This document shows positions 50,801 through 58,078 of a DNA stretch of 64,000 bases, piece by piece (within the stretch, counting starts at the first letter, position 1; every line of letters begins with the position of its first letter). A program made the position numbers and the translations under genes. Where the stretch lies: IMG/VR virus record IMGVR_UViG_3300027770_000035, one strand, 5' to 3'. Below the pieces are notes generated by a model. It had not been told where the DNA came from. It made no database searches and was given only the letters and a program-made list of their open reading frames with translations. The DNA is from an uncultured virus (IMG/VR IMGVR_UViG_3300027770_000035) (taxonomy: Duplodnaviria; Heunggongvirae; Uroviricota; Caudoviricetes).

Positions 50801-51055
50801 CACGGCACCCTTGGTGTCACTGATGTACTGACCATAGGTTACTGAACTCACCACGTTGTCTAGGATCTGTAACTGAACAGTAGGAGCAGCAGAATAATTC
50901 TTTCCAGAATTCGTAACCTTTACTGCAATGAGTTGACCAATGGATCGATCCAGATAGGAATAGTACTGCTTGATGAAAGACACAAACAGCGGATAGGTAT
51001 CCCGGATGTACTGAGGGATCTGAGATTCGATGAATAGACTACGATTGAAATCCAT
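47882..51055 (-). CDS. gp7: Baseplate wedge subunit, gp7-like
   Basis: QIPQYIRD.YPLFV.F, FY.SKGT..S..FL.RILF, KKIQDSRYYQQFSY, HPAG. Confidence 0.8.
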   Translation of the reverse strand: MDFNRSLFIESQIPQYIRDTYPLFVSFIKQYYSYLDRSIGQLIAVKVTNSGKNYSAAPTVQLQILDNVVSSVTYGQYISDTKGAVVTAVIKQGQLTKIVVSAYGSGYTDADAVRVVITDTTGSGAVAAPVVVNNLGNINQATKASVSVRDIDNEYDLLTTYLTNEYIPNFPVNLYSNDVTVEVNKFVKFIKQFYGSKGTEDSLRFLYRILFNTDLNFYYPSTDMLRVSDGKWTQNNYLSLTGAPGIDPNGYVGHRVIGNTSNAVALVDSVGATGAVYLYDLSGINGAFSTTPEDLYNYPITGKAEKIGTTYNTGATSIFYVANGSYLGTDGQPSSNKKIQDSRYYQQFSYELRADQSITQFKNLIEELIHPAGLKYFIFLTLNEQIAYHIYTRATATALVGATGGVLSYSITNPGYNYSSVPTVTVTGAPNTAVAFATIYAGSVTAITFTSGNTGYTVVPTITFDDPLTTGITDSETNVNPRPDISIVSSSSPACAALGPTYQNIDFFKSYTEPIFFEDFSGTTTTQGSTGATGVLNIGASGHFTNDSDLVGFTAIIGATGATGVLTRTVTRYNSANQSITFDTPIQFGYPGSVCSYRLLENPRFTFVNNTNGTMKGATAFGNLLNYGFTNYVVSTLSAAVDASTGVIPVVTQNDDYYNTNDVILVDSEKMLINGATGSLAGATSFLNVTRAYYGTGATTHTIGATAFSTSRHAFRDYKLYVTSGTGSGQSSTIVGFDGASGIITYSPVFSTAPNTNSTYYISKDLYNNSGYFTTYVDSITLLSGGSGYSSGATGPLVTIDAPLVGTQATAYATVVGGVITALTLGATGSGYITTPKVTITNPTAITVPAFAYVDLKSNTSAPAADYLNYSSVGGVILSVPGATGVFKTAQAKATIANGSITGITVIAGASGAGYVETPRVTLNGGGATITYSGTTVTDSGGQAYAEVSGGSVVSIVLTTNGLDYTSPPSVVIDAPGIRKGCRVIQPSTGAQGSVDEWDQDNNLLYIFKDPVSPDFTASTLSCNGLNIPVASVSGNYSTRGKRIKSIQESEINIIKV

Positions 51056-51056
51056 A

Positions 51057-52859
51057 TTAGTTGGCCGTCACAGAAACCAGTACATCAGCAGGACTGATAG
51101 TCAGAATGGTATTTCTCTTGGAAGTAATATTACCAATCGAGAACTCTTGGGGTTTGACCACAATATCAAAGGTATTGTCCGAGTTAACCGTAGAGGGAGT
51201 GAAGTTATTCAGAGTAATAATACCAGTGGCATAGTCCACAGTTCCTGCTGCCAGATTGATATAATTCACAGTCTTGACATCGGTACCGACGAAGTTATAG
51301 ATTCTGATGTTACCCAGTGAATCATCATCGAGGTATAGATTGGCTGTGCCTGTATTCAATTCGGTATCATTCGCTGCCTGGAATGCATACTTATTCTGAA
51401 CTGATCCTGGATGAATAATATTCTGAAAGTCAATGGTATATTGTAAAGAGGTATTGAGCACCACCGGAATATTCTTTCTCATTGTTACCTGAGTGATGTT
51501 ACCAATGATAGAAGGATCGGCATTATCAATAAGTGACGTGAACTGAGAGTATGTGAAGTTGGTTCCGAACTGAGTCAGAGTTGTGTCATTATAATTATTG
51601 ATCGCCGCAATCACAGAAGTCTGAATGTCGCCGGGTCTCTGGGAAGTTGCCTTTGAGTTATAACCCACATTGGATGTTATCTGTAGGAAGATATACTCTG
51701 GGTCGATGATCTCAGGAATGATAGAAACAATATTCTTATTGGAGATCACATCATTGAGTATGACTTGTTTCTGGGCATTGCTGAGGACGAGACCTGTTGT
51801 GGGTTTGAACGACAGGAAGACCTTGCCGTACTGGGGCGGAATGGCGTCCTGGCCACCCCACACGTTGATGGAAGAGGCGAAGGGATAGTCTCGGGTCAGA
51901 AAGTATTTGTAGTCGTCAGCAGTGACCGAGCGAGACTGGGTTCTGAAGTTCTGAAGAGAGTTCGTCTTGATGGAGTCGGTATGTTCTTCGATGGCACCAC
52001 CCGAGGAAGGAACAACATTGGTATAGGTGAGACTTCTGGATATACCATCGATGGTAGTTGCCAGAGTGAATTGAGCACAACCATCGGATGCATCGGCAGC
52101 GGAGGTCTGATATGTAATAGTAACAATATTACCAGAGACCAGCTTCTTACCAAGTACACCATCACCAAACTGAATCTCATAGGATCGTGTGGGAGTCTCA
52201 AAGAGGTAGTAAGTAGTCGATGTGGGACTCAGTGTAGTGATAGAAGTAACAGGAGAGTAACTTACGGTGGTGGTATCGGTCGCCGAATTCTGCACAGTGA
52301 CAACTACCGAGTCCAGATCAATGCTGAAGTTATTGATCAGAAAGGTTTCGTTGGCAGATCCCTGAGAAGTAGACGAGGTACTTATATACGAACCTTCTCG
52401 AATTGATATATCCGAGAATGTGTATCTCCCTGATAAGGATGTGGCATAGTAAGTATCTATAGGAGAGAAGGTATAGGTAGTGTTATTCAGAGTGGATGTG
52501 AATACTGTGGTGGAGTCTATCTTAACCTGAGTGTTCTCGGGGTCCAGACTGGTGAAGTAGAATGATACTTTGGCAATAGATGACTTGGATGACTTGGGAG
52601 TATACCCCATGTTCTTGGCCAGAGATACTACAGAGGATCTTAGTTGTGCCGTGTCCACAAAGTTCTCATTGACAGCCATGTTGAGGTACATTGAATTATA
52701 ATGAGTATTGAAGGCGAGGATATCCATGAGGATCGATAGACCTGATCCTTCGAAGTTGTAGTCCGTGAAGTCTGAGTTATTGGCAATGAACGCAGCAATG
52801 TTACTTCGGATGGTTTCAAAATCTAATTCGGAGACTAGCTTGGTGGTGGTATCGGCCAT
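51057..52859 (-). CDS. gp6: Baseplate wedge subunit gp6 (start moved to MADTTT)
   Basis: ELDFETI, FTDYNFEGSG, LAFNTHY, AQLRSSVVSLAK..GY.P, FGDGVLGKK, RSVTADDY, VWGG, GTVDYATG; TATAAATA at 52881-52874. Confidence 0.95.
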   Translation of the reverse strand: MADTTTKLVSELDFETIRSNIAAFIANNSDFTDYNFEGSGLSILMDILAFNTHYNSMYLNMAVNENFVDTAQLRSSVVSLAKNMGYTPKSSKSSIAKVSFYFTSLDPENTQVKIDSTTVFTSTLNNTTYTFSPIDTYYATSLSGRYTFSDISIREGSYISTSSTSQGSANETFLINNFSIDLDSVVVTVQNSATDTTTVSYSPVTSITTLSPTSTTYYLFETPTRSYEIQFGDGVLGKKLVSGNIVTITYQTSAADASDGCAQFTLATTIDGISRSLTYTNVVPSSGGAIEEHTDSIKTNSLQNFRTQSRSVTADDYKYFLTRDYPFASSINVWGGQDAIPPQYGKVFLSFKPTTGLVLSNAQKQVILNDVISNKNIVSIIPEIIDPEYIFLQITSNVGYNSKATSQRPGDIQTSVIAAINNYNDTTLTQFGTNFTYSQFTSLIDNADPSIIGNITQVTMRKNIPVVLNTSLQYTIDFQNIIHPGSVQNKYAFQAANDTELNTGTANLYLDDDSLGNIRIYNFVGTDVKTVNYINLAAGTVDYATGIITLNNFTPSTVNSDNTFDIVVKPQEFSIGNITSKRNTILTISPADVLVSVTAN

Positions 52860-52891
52860 AGATCCTCTGTACCTATTTATAGCGTAGATAC

Positions 52892-52924
52892 AAAAGAAAA
52901 ACCCCATCGGTAACTCGATGGGGT
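52892..52924 (-). terminator. Rho-independent terminator closing the early-gene island
   Basis: Minus strand ACCCCATCG-loop-CGATGGGGT followed by TTTTCTTTT. Confidence 0.85.
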
Positions 52925-52961
52925 GATGTTACTTTAATGACTCGATGTATCTCGGGGGATG

Positions 52962-53285
52962 TTATGCAAACCACCAACAAATTGGTTTCATAACTACAGA
53001 ATCGCCGTTGACCTTGATTGCCCAATCGTCCACAAAGATATGGTCTAGTCCCCGACCGCAGGATACATCATCATGATCAAGTATATAATCGAGGGTCTTC
53101 TCCTGAAGAGCCTCTTCTCTCATCGCTCCCCCTGAGGGGTTATCATAGAACAGGTCGTCTTCCAGGACCAGTTGTTGTATAGCCTGGTGATCTGATTCTT
53201 CCAGTCGATACACCAAGGTACCCGTAAGTTCTTCGTCTTCGTTATCGTCTAGTTGTAACTTCAGAGTATTACTGATGAGTATCAT
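52962..53285 (-). CDS. Hypothetical acidic protein
   Basis: AAGGTTGAT leader shared with other early genes. Confidence 0.65.
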   Translation of the reverse strand: MILISNTLKLQLDDNEDEELTGTLVYRLEESDHQAIQQLVLEDDLFYDNPSGGAMREEALQEKTLDYILDHDDVSCGRGLDHIFVDDWAIKVNGDSVVMKPICWWFA

Positions 53286-53326
53286 ATCAACCTTAATTAT
53301 TTTGTATTCCCGGACTCAGAGGTTCC

Positions 53327-53509
53327 CTACCATCCCCAAAGATTATCCTGAGACTCACGAATAATCGCAAACAGGTAAGTATGCAACTCTACTATATCAG
53401 CCTCAATCAGGCCAAAGTAGGCCGGGTTCTTGATGGCATACATAATGTCGCTGGGACTATGCTGCATGATGAAATTTTGAATCTTCGGGCTGAGGTCTTT
53501 GATGTCCAT
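53327..53509 (-). CDS. Hypothetical protein, leaderless cassette
   Basis: TTGACA-17-TATACT-6 nt-ATG. Confidence 0.7.
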   Translation of the reverse strand: MDIKDLSPKIQNFIMQHSPSDIMYAIKNPAYFGLIEADIVELHTYLFAIIRESQDNLWGW

Positions 53510-53575
53510 ATAGACAGTATAGCAAATGGCGGGAACGTTGTCAAGGACCTTTATTCGAATCTCCCCCCCCTTAGG

Positions 53576-53737
53576 TTAAAAGGGCAGAGACATAATAAAT
53601 GGATCTGTGTCGGTTTCATAATTATCTTGTTCGTCTTGGCATGTCGGACACAGACCCCTACGGAAGCCATAGGTCCAATCGGTCCCACATTCCCGGCAAG
53701 CGCAGTCTTCTGCGTAGTCTAACAATCTGTCATTCAT
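53576..53737 (-). CDS. Zinc-ribbon-like peptide (53 aa)
   Basis: MNDRLLDYAEDCACRECGTDW...LCPTCQ; coupled to the upstream stop. Confidence 0.55.
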   Translation of the reverse strand: MNDRLLDYAEDCACRECGTDWTYGFRRGLCPTCQDEQDNYETDTDPFIMSLPF

Positions 53738-53820
53738 TACATTGCCACCAGGTAACCAACTACCAGAAGAATCGTGGCGAGGCAGGAAGCGATGGTGAGG
53801 AGAGTGTCTTTGATGTCCAT
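53737..53820 (-). CDS. 27-aa hydrophobic peptide, leaderless cassette
   Basis: MDIKDTLLTIASCLATILLVVGYLVAM, 6 nt after TATAAT. Confidence 0.6.
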   Translation of the reverse strand: MDIKDTLLTIASCLATILLVVGYLVAM

Positions 53821-53858
53821 ATAGAAATTATAGCAAATGGCGGGAACGTTGTCAAGTA

Positions 53859-53903
53859 CTATTCTGAGACCCAGGCCGTACCTGAGACCCAGGCATTATC
53901 CGA
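53859..53903 (-). pseudogene. Orphan 3' end of a hexapeptide-repeat gene
   Basis: Reads SDNAWVSGTAWVSE* with no start, directly after the stop of ORF 53904-54152. Confidence 0.75.
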
Positions 53904-54152
53904 TTACCAGGCTCCCCAAGTATCAGTGACACCAGTAACAGGATCGGAATAGTATGCGAATGCTGCCCGTCCCATGGGTTCCATCAGACCCAGAAACTTC
54001 CTCAGGTCCAGCGTCTCTTTCAGATCCGCAATGAGTCTCTTGGCAGCAGCCAGACTCTCACATGGAATATAGAGAATGTCGATCAACTCCAGATCTGCCT
54101 TGGGATTCAATTCACAACCCAAGGGATCAATTATAATTTGTAAGCTGTTCAT
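53904..54152 (-). CDS. Hypothetical protein, leaderless cassette
   Basis: TTGACA-17-TATAAT-6 nt-ATG. Confidence 0.7.
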   Translation of the reverse strand: MNSLQIIIDPLGCELNPKADLELIDILYIPCESLAAAKRLIADLKETLDLRKFLGLMEPMGRAAFAYYSDPVTGVTDTWGAW

Positions 54153-54204
54153 ATAGAAATTATAGCAAATGGCGGGAACGTTGTCAAGTACTATTTCAAC
54201 CTAG

Positions 54205-54393
54205 TTACCTCAGGTTACGATAATTATTCCGTAGACTCTCGATGGACATACGTCGATGGCATGGTCCGCAATACCAATCCTTCACGACCACTTCATTGGT
54301 CGCCGCATGAGTGGTGGAATCCATGATAGTGAGACACTGATAATTCATGAGAGCTTCCCAGATCGATCCGACTTTGATTTCGTTGAGGGCCAT
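54205..54393 (-). CDS. Hypothetical protein, leaderless cassette
   Basis: TTGACA-17-TATACT-6 nt-ATG. Confidence 0.7.
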   Translation of the reverse strand: MALNEIKVGSIWEALMNYQCLTIMDSTTHAATNEVVVKDWYCGPCHRRMSIESLRNNYRNLR

Positions 54394-54437
54394 ATAGACA
54401 GTATAGCAAATGGTGGGGACGTTGTCAAGTACTATTC

Positions 54438-54848
54438 TCAGACCCAGGCCGTACCCGAGACCTGGGCCGCACCTGAGACCCAGGCCGCATCCGAGACCCA
54501 GGCATTACCAGAGACCCGGGCCGCACCCGAGACCCTGGCATAATCCGAGATCTGGGCATTATCCGAGACCCGGGCATTACCAGAGACCTGGGCATAATCC
54601 GAGACCATGGCATTACCAAATACCTGGGCATTACCAGAGACAATGGCATCACCCGAGACCCAGGCATTACCAGATACCTCAGCATCACCAGATACCTCAG
54701 CATCACCAGAGACCAGAGCCTCAGGTCCAACAAAGGCTGTGTCGGCCACGGTGGCTGTGTTCTGGACCCAGCCTCCTCCATTTGAATGCTGGTGCCAGGT
54801 TTCCAAAGTGGCATCAGGGAAAGTTACGTTCAGATCAGAGAGTGTCAT
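54438..54848 (-). CDS. Hexapeptide-repeat protein, copy 2
   Basis: MTLSDL...WHQHSNGGGWVQNTA plus VSGNAx repeats; AAGGTTTGAT leader. Confidence 0.8.
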   Translation of the reverse strand: MTLSDLNVTFPDATLETWHQHSNGGGWVQNTATVADTAFVGPEALVSGDAEVSGDAEVSGNAWVSGDAIVSGNAQVFGNAMVSDYAQVSGNARVSDNAQISDYARVSGAARVSGNAWVSDAAWVSGAAQVSGTAWV

Positions 54849-54856
54849 ATCAAACC

Positions 54857-55087
54857 TTAGTAGTCAGTATAGTCCATGTGGGCGAGGTGATAATACCCTC
54901 GGCACCGATAGCAGTGCCCCGTGGAATCACCGCAGGGAGCGAAGGGTTCTTCGCATTTGGTACAGTACAACACATCTTCCCAGTTCCTAGCTTCCTGAAA
55001 GGCCTCGGCTGTTACCGTGGCATTACCAAACAGGTGGTCCCGGCGGGATGCCTCGAACTGAAATGATCTATCTGTGTTGATGTCCAT
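54857..55087 (-). CDS. Zinc-finger-like protein, leaderless cassette
   Basis: CTKC...CYRC; promoter -10 six nt upstream. Confidence 0.7.
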   Translation of the reverse strand: MDINTDRSFQFEASRRDHLFGNATVTAEAFQEARNWEDVLYCTKCEEPFAPCGDSTGHCYRCRGYYHLAHMDYTDY

Positions 55088-55125
55088 ATAGAAATTATAG
55101 CAAATGGTGGGCGTGGTGTCAACAC

Positions 55126-55434
55126 CTAGTTGAAGATCTCGATCAGATCCCAGGCACAGTTGACAATCTCGGAATCACCAGAACTATGTCCCTGCTCATA
55201 GGCTGCATATGCAACCTTTTTTACATACTGGGAAGGTACACCATGGTTCAGAAGATGCTGCTCGAAGTCATCATCGAAAGTATACACCGGGAGTTCATGA
55301 AAGCAAAACGACGGCTGATCTCTCAATTTGAAATGAGCGGTAACAACTGCTTGGTAGTATCCAGCACGGACATCGTCTACGAAGTTTCCAGTCTTGGCAG
55401 GGATCATGTTTTTGATTTCAGTGGCGTTGGTCAT
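55126..55434 (-). CDS. Hypothetical protein, leaderless cassette
   Basis: AYEQGHSSG..EI motif; promoter -10 six nt upstream. Confidence 0.75.
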   Translation of the reverse strand: MTNATEIKNMIPAKTGNFVDDVRAGYYQAVVTAHFKLRDQPSFCFHELPVYTFDDDFEQHLLNHGVPSQYVKKVAYAAYEQGHSSGDSEIVNCAWDLIEIFN

Positions 55435-55472
55435 ATAGAAAGTATAGCAAATGGTAGGGAAGATGTCAAGTA

Positions 55473-55943
55473 CTATTCCGAGACCCAGGCCGTACCTGAG
55501 ACCCAGGCCGTACCTGAGACCCAGGCCTTACCCGAGACCACGGCCTTACCCGAGACCACGGCATTACCCGAGACCACGGCATTACCCGAGACCCAGGCAT
55601 TATCCCAGACCCAGGCATCACCCCGGACCCAGGCATTATCCGAGACCTCAGCATTACCCGAGACCACGGCATTACCCGAGACCTCAGCATTATCAGAGAC
55701 CTGGGCATTACCCGAGACCACGGCATTATCATAGACCATGGCATAACCAGAGATCTCGGCCTCACCGTATACCATGGCATAACCACAGACCAAGGCATGA
55801 TCATAGACTATGGCATCAGGTCCAACAAAGGCTGTGTCGTCTACTGACGCTGTGTTCTGAACCCAGCCACCACCATTTGAATGCTGGTGCCAGGTGGTCG
55901 AAGTTGCATCAGGGAATTCGAATTGTAGTTCAGAGAGCATCAT
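55473..55943 (-). CDS. Hexapeptide-repeat protein, copy 3
   Basis: Same head and repeats as copies 1 and 2; own promoter at 55999-55971. Confidence 0.8.
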   Translation of the reverse strand: MMLSELQFEFPDATSTTWHQHSNGGGWVQNTASVDDTAFVGPDAIVYDHALVCGYAMVYGEAEISGYAMVYDNAVVSGNAQVSDNAEVSGNAVVSGNAEVSDNAWVRGDAWVWDNAWVSGNAVVSGNAVVSGKAVVSGKAWVSGTAWVSGTAWVSE

Positions 55944-56008
55944 GTCGTTTCAATCAAACCTTATATAGAAATTATATCAAATGGTGGGCGTGGTGTCAAG
56001 CGAACGGA

Positions 56009-56221
56009 TTAATTTACTGGTATAACCCTTTCCATACGGATCACTTCCACTAGCCGATAATTGAATGGTCCTATCTCAGATTGTAACATTTTCACCCTAC
56101 AAACCTTCGAGTTCAGATCACTGAGGGTTTGGGCCGACCAACTTGACGTTTGCCAAGAAGGAGCTGCAGCATTACGTGTCGAGTATTCAATCCTATATTC
56201 GATGGTCTTGATGGCTTCCAT
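56009..56221 (-). CDS. Hypothetical protein, leaderless cassette
   Basis: TTGACA-18-TACAAT-6 nt-ATG. Confidence 0.65.
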   Translation of the reverse strand: MEAIKTIEYRIEYSTRNAAAPSWQTSSWSAQTLSDLNSKVCRVKMLQSEIGPFNYRLVEVIRMERVIPVN

Positions 56222-56263
56222 ATAATTATTGTATCAGTTCCTCTCTGAAGATGTCAAGTACTA

Positions 56264-57283
56264 CTAGGATCGAGATTTCCAGCAGGTCGTCTCGACCACG
56301 TCCCGGAAGTCCTCATCATTCTCGGCAAACATCAGGATCTTGGCAACCTTCTGGACCATCCGCAAAGACAGTTCCCGGAACCGATTGTGATACTTTGTAA
56401 AGAGATCCATAATCTGGGCAGTCTGCTTCTCGCTCAGTCCCAGCGTATAGGCCATGTCGGTGTTCTCCAGAACGTCCTTGATCCGGATCAAATATTCTTT
56501 GGTGGAGTTCAGGTTCAGGTCGATGTAGAATGAACGAGAGATCAGAGCAGCAAAGTGAGGAGCCAGTTTGTTGTTGGCTGCGATCATCGATTCAAAGTTC
56601 AGGTTCGTGATGAAGATGACCGAGCCTTTGTACTCAAATGAATTGGGAATGATCTCGCCAGATTCGTCCTCAAACTTCTTCTCAGAGCGCCACGAGATCA
56701 CCCGGCGTTTGCTGGTATCCAGGGCACCCTTGAGAAGGTTCAGCGAGACTTCGTCGCCGAATGCAGAGTCGGCATCGTCCAACAGAATAACCTGGTTCTC
56801 TTCACGATTTTCCCAGAGCAGTTTGTAAAGGCCAGTGGGTCGAACAAAACCCTTTACCGATGTGAACTGAATGGTGCCAGCATCAGCAGCCGATTCAAGG
56901 ATCCCTTCAATCGTATAGGTCTTACCGATACCAGCAGGTCCCGACACGACCATCGAGCGCACCTGCTGCTTCACAACGCCACCAGCCATACGATCAAGAG
57001 TGCGGAACTTTCGTCGCTGTGAGGTAAGGATATCATCATCAGTAACCACAGTGGTCTCTGCTTCTACAGGAGTCGAAGAAGCCTGATTGGTCTTGGCAAC
57101 GAAAGCGGAGATATCATATGTACCCCAGCCAATCTTCTTTGACTGCAACCAATAGGGTTGATCGATGCGGAACTTCTTCGCAACCGACATCAACTGGGGG
57201 CGAGTGATCGTGGTACCATACCGAGCGATGAGTTCGTTGGCGAGTTGATCTTTGATCGATTGTGAGATTGTCTGGCGGCTCAT
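56264..57283 (-). CDS. AAA+ family ATPase, probably leaderless
   Basis: Walker A GPAGIGKT, Walker B ILLDDAD, LLKGALD, IFITN, ALISRS; TGGACA-17-TATAAT-6 nt-ATG. Confidence 0.85.
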   Translation of the reverse strand: MSRQTISQSIKDQLANELIARYGTTITRPQLMSVAKKFRIDQPYWLQSKKIGWGTYDISAFVAKTNQASSTPVEAETTVVTDDDILTSQRRKFRTLDRMAGGVVKQQVRSMVVSGPAGIGKTYTIEGILESAADAGTIQFTSVKGFVRPTGLYKLLWENREENQVILLDDADSAFGDEVSLNLLKGALDTSKRRVISWRSEKKFEDESGEIIPNSFEYKGSVIFITNLNFESMIAANNKLAPHFAALISRSFYIDLNLNSTKEYLIRIKDVLENTDMAYTLGLSEKQTAQIMDLFTKYHNRFRELSLRMVQKVAKILMFAENDEDFRDVVETTCWKSRS

Positions 57284-57426
57284 GTAAGAATTATAGCAAC
57301 TGGGCCGGGCAATGTCCAGCGATCCTATATTAAAATCTCTTAATCATATATGAATCGGAAGAGGGAAGAGGAACGCACACGCACGCACGTATACCACATT
57401 GCTATTATGAATGTCAAGTATTATTT

Positions 57427-57819
57427 TTAGCGGTCTCGTTGTAGATTGACAGTCACCGAGACTGGCTGAGGAATGTTATTGACATAGAAGAATATATTAA
57501 TATTGATACCATTGCTGTCTGTGTTCTCGATAACATCCACAGTAAGTAGAGTCACCCGAGGTTCATAATTCTTTAGGACATCCTGGACAGATCGTTTGAT
57601 ATTCAGAATGGTTGTGGCATTCATAGGTTCGAACAAAGAATTATATACAGTCGAACCTATCTCAGGATGAAACAATCTCTCACCCAGTGCAGTAGTAACT
57701 AATAATTTAACACTGCGTCTTACTGCATCATTATCAGTAAGTGTATAGATGTCTCCGGTGGCCGGGTTACGTTGCAGGGATATATCTATATCCTTATATC
57801 GGAATGCGGTATTTGCCAT
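57427..57819 (-). CDS. gp25: Baseplate wedge subunit gp25 (start moved to MANTAF)
   Basis: YKDIDISL..NP.TGDI, GERLFHPEIGS, LFEP, YEPRV; AATAAATA upstream. Confidence 0.93.
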   Translation of the reverse strand: MANTAFRYKDIDISLQRNPATGDIYTLTDNDAVRRSVKLLVTTALGERLFHPEIGSTVYNSLFEPMNATTILNIKRSVQDVLKNYEPRVTLLTVDVIENTDSNGININIFFYVNNIPQPVSVTVNLQRDR

Positions 57820-57838
57820 AGTAGTATTTATTTGACTT

Positions 57839-58067
57839 AGTAACATCGAGTAAGTCACTTAGTAACATAGGGAGTAACATCGAGTAAGTCAAAATACTAC
57901 TTGACAAATTCGGAGGAGTGTGGGTTGTGGATAAGCGCAGAGGAGGTATAATGGTACTTAGCTACTTTACACGTTTTTGATAGAATTATGATATTTAGGT
58001 AGGCCCAAATCCCCAGGATCTGACTTTATCCACAACTTTCCTAAAGTTATCCACAGGCTTATCCACA
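57839..58067. promoter_or_regulatory. Non-coding region with four perfect DnaA boxes and 19-bp direct repeats; candidate origin or DnaA-binding locus
   Basis: TGTGGATAA at 57926-57934; TTATCCACA at 58026, 58047 and 58059; AGTAACATCGAGTAAGTCA at 57839 and 57873. Confidence 0.75.
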
Positions 58068-58078
58068 CACACATAGCT

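Larger units (their letters stand above)
53507..57318 (-). promoter_or_regulatory. Array of repeated sigma70 promoters (TTGACA-17-TATA(A/C)T), one per small gene
   Basis: -35 boxes at 53544, 53855, 54187, 54428, 55122, 55469 and 55999 share CCATTTG(C/A) before the -10; more divergent copies at 56257 and 57318. Confidence 0.9.

Noticed and set aside
53563..53570. C8 homopolymer as a phase-variation tract
   Set aside because: Lies after the stop of the 53-aa ORF and outside the promoter boxes
54432..54440. Stop-codon reassignment suggested by GTC-TGA-GAA-TAG
   Set aside because: Single case; long core genes are uninterrupted under the standard code and TGA and TAG end other genes, so a point mutation is simpler
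25389..55943. Diversity-generating retroelement explaining the hexapeptide or Ser-X variation
   Set aside because: No reverse transcriptase in the window, no non-coding template copy, and differences are not confined to adenines
53507..55999. CRISPR array or integron
   Set aside because: The repeats are promoters separated by ORF-bearing segments of unequal length (about 200-650 bp); no cas gene, integrase or attC hairpin
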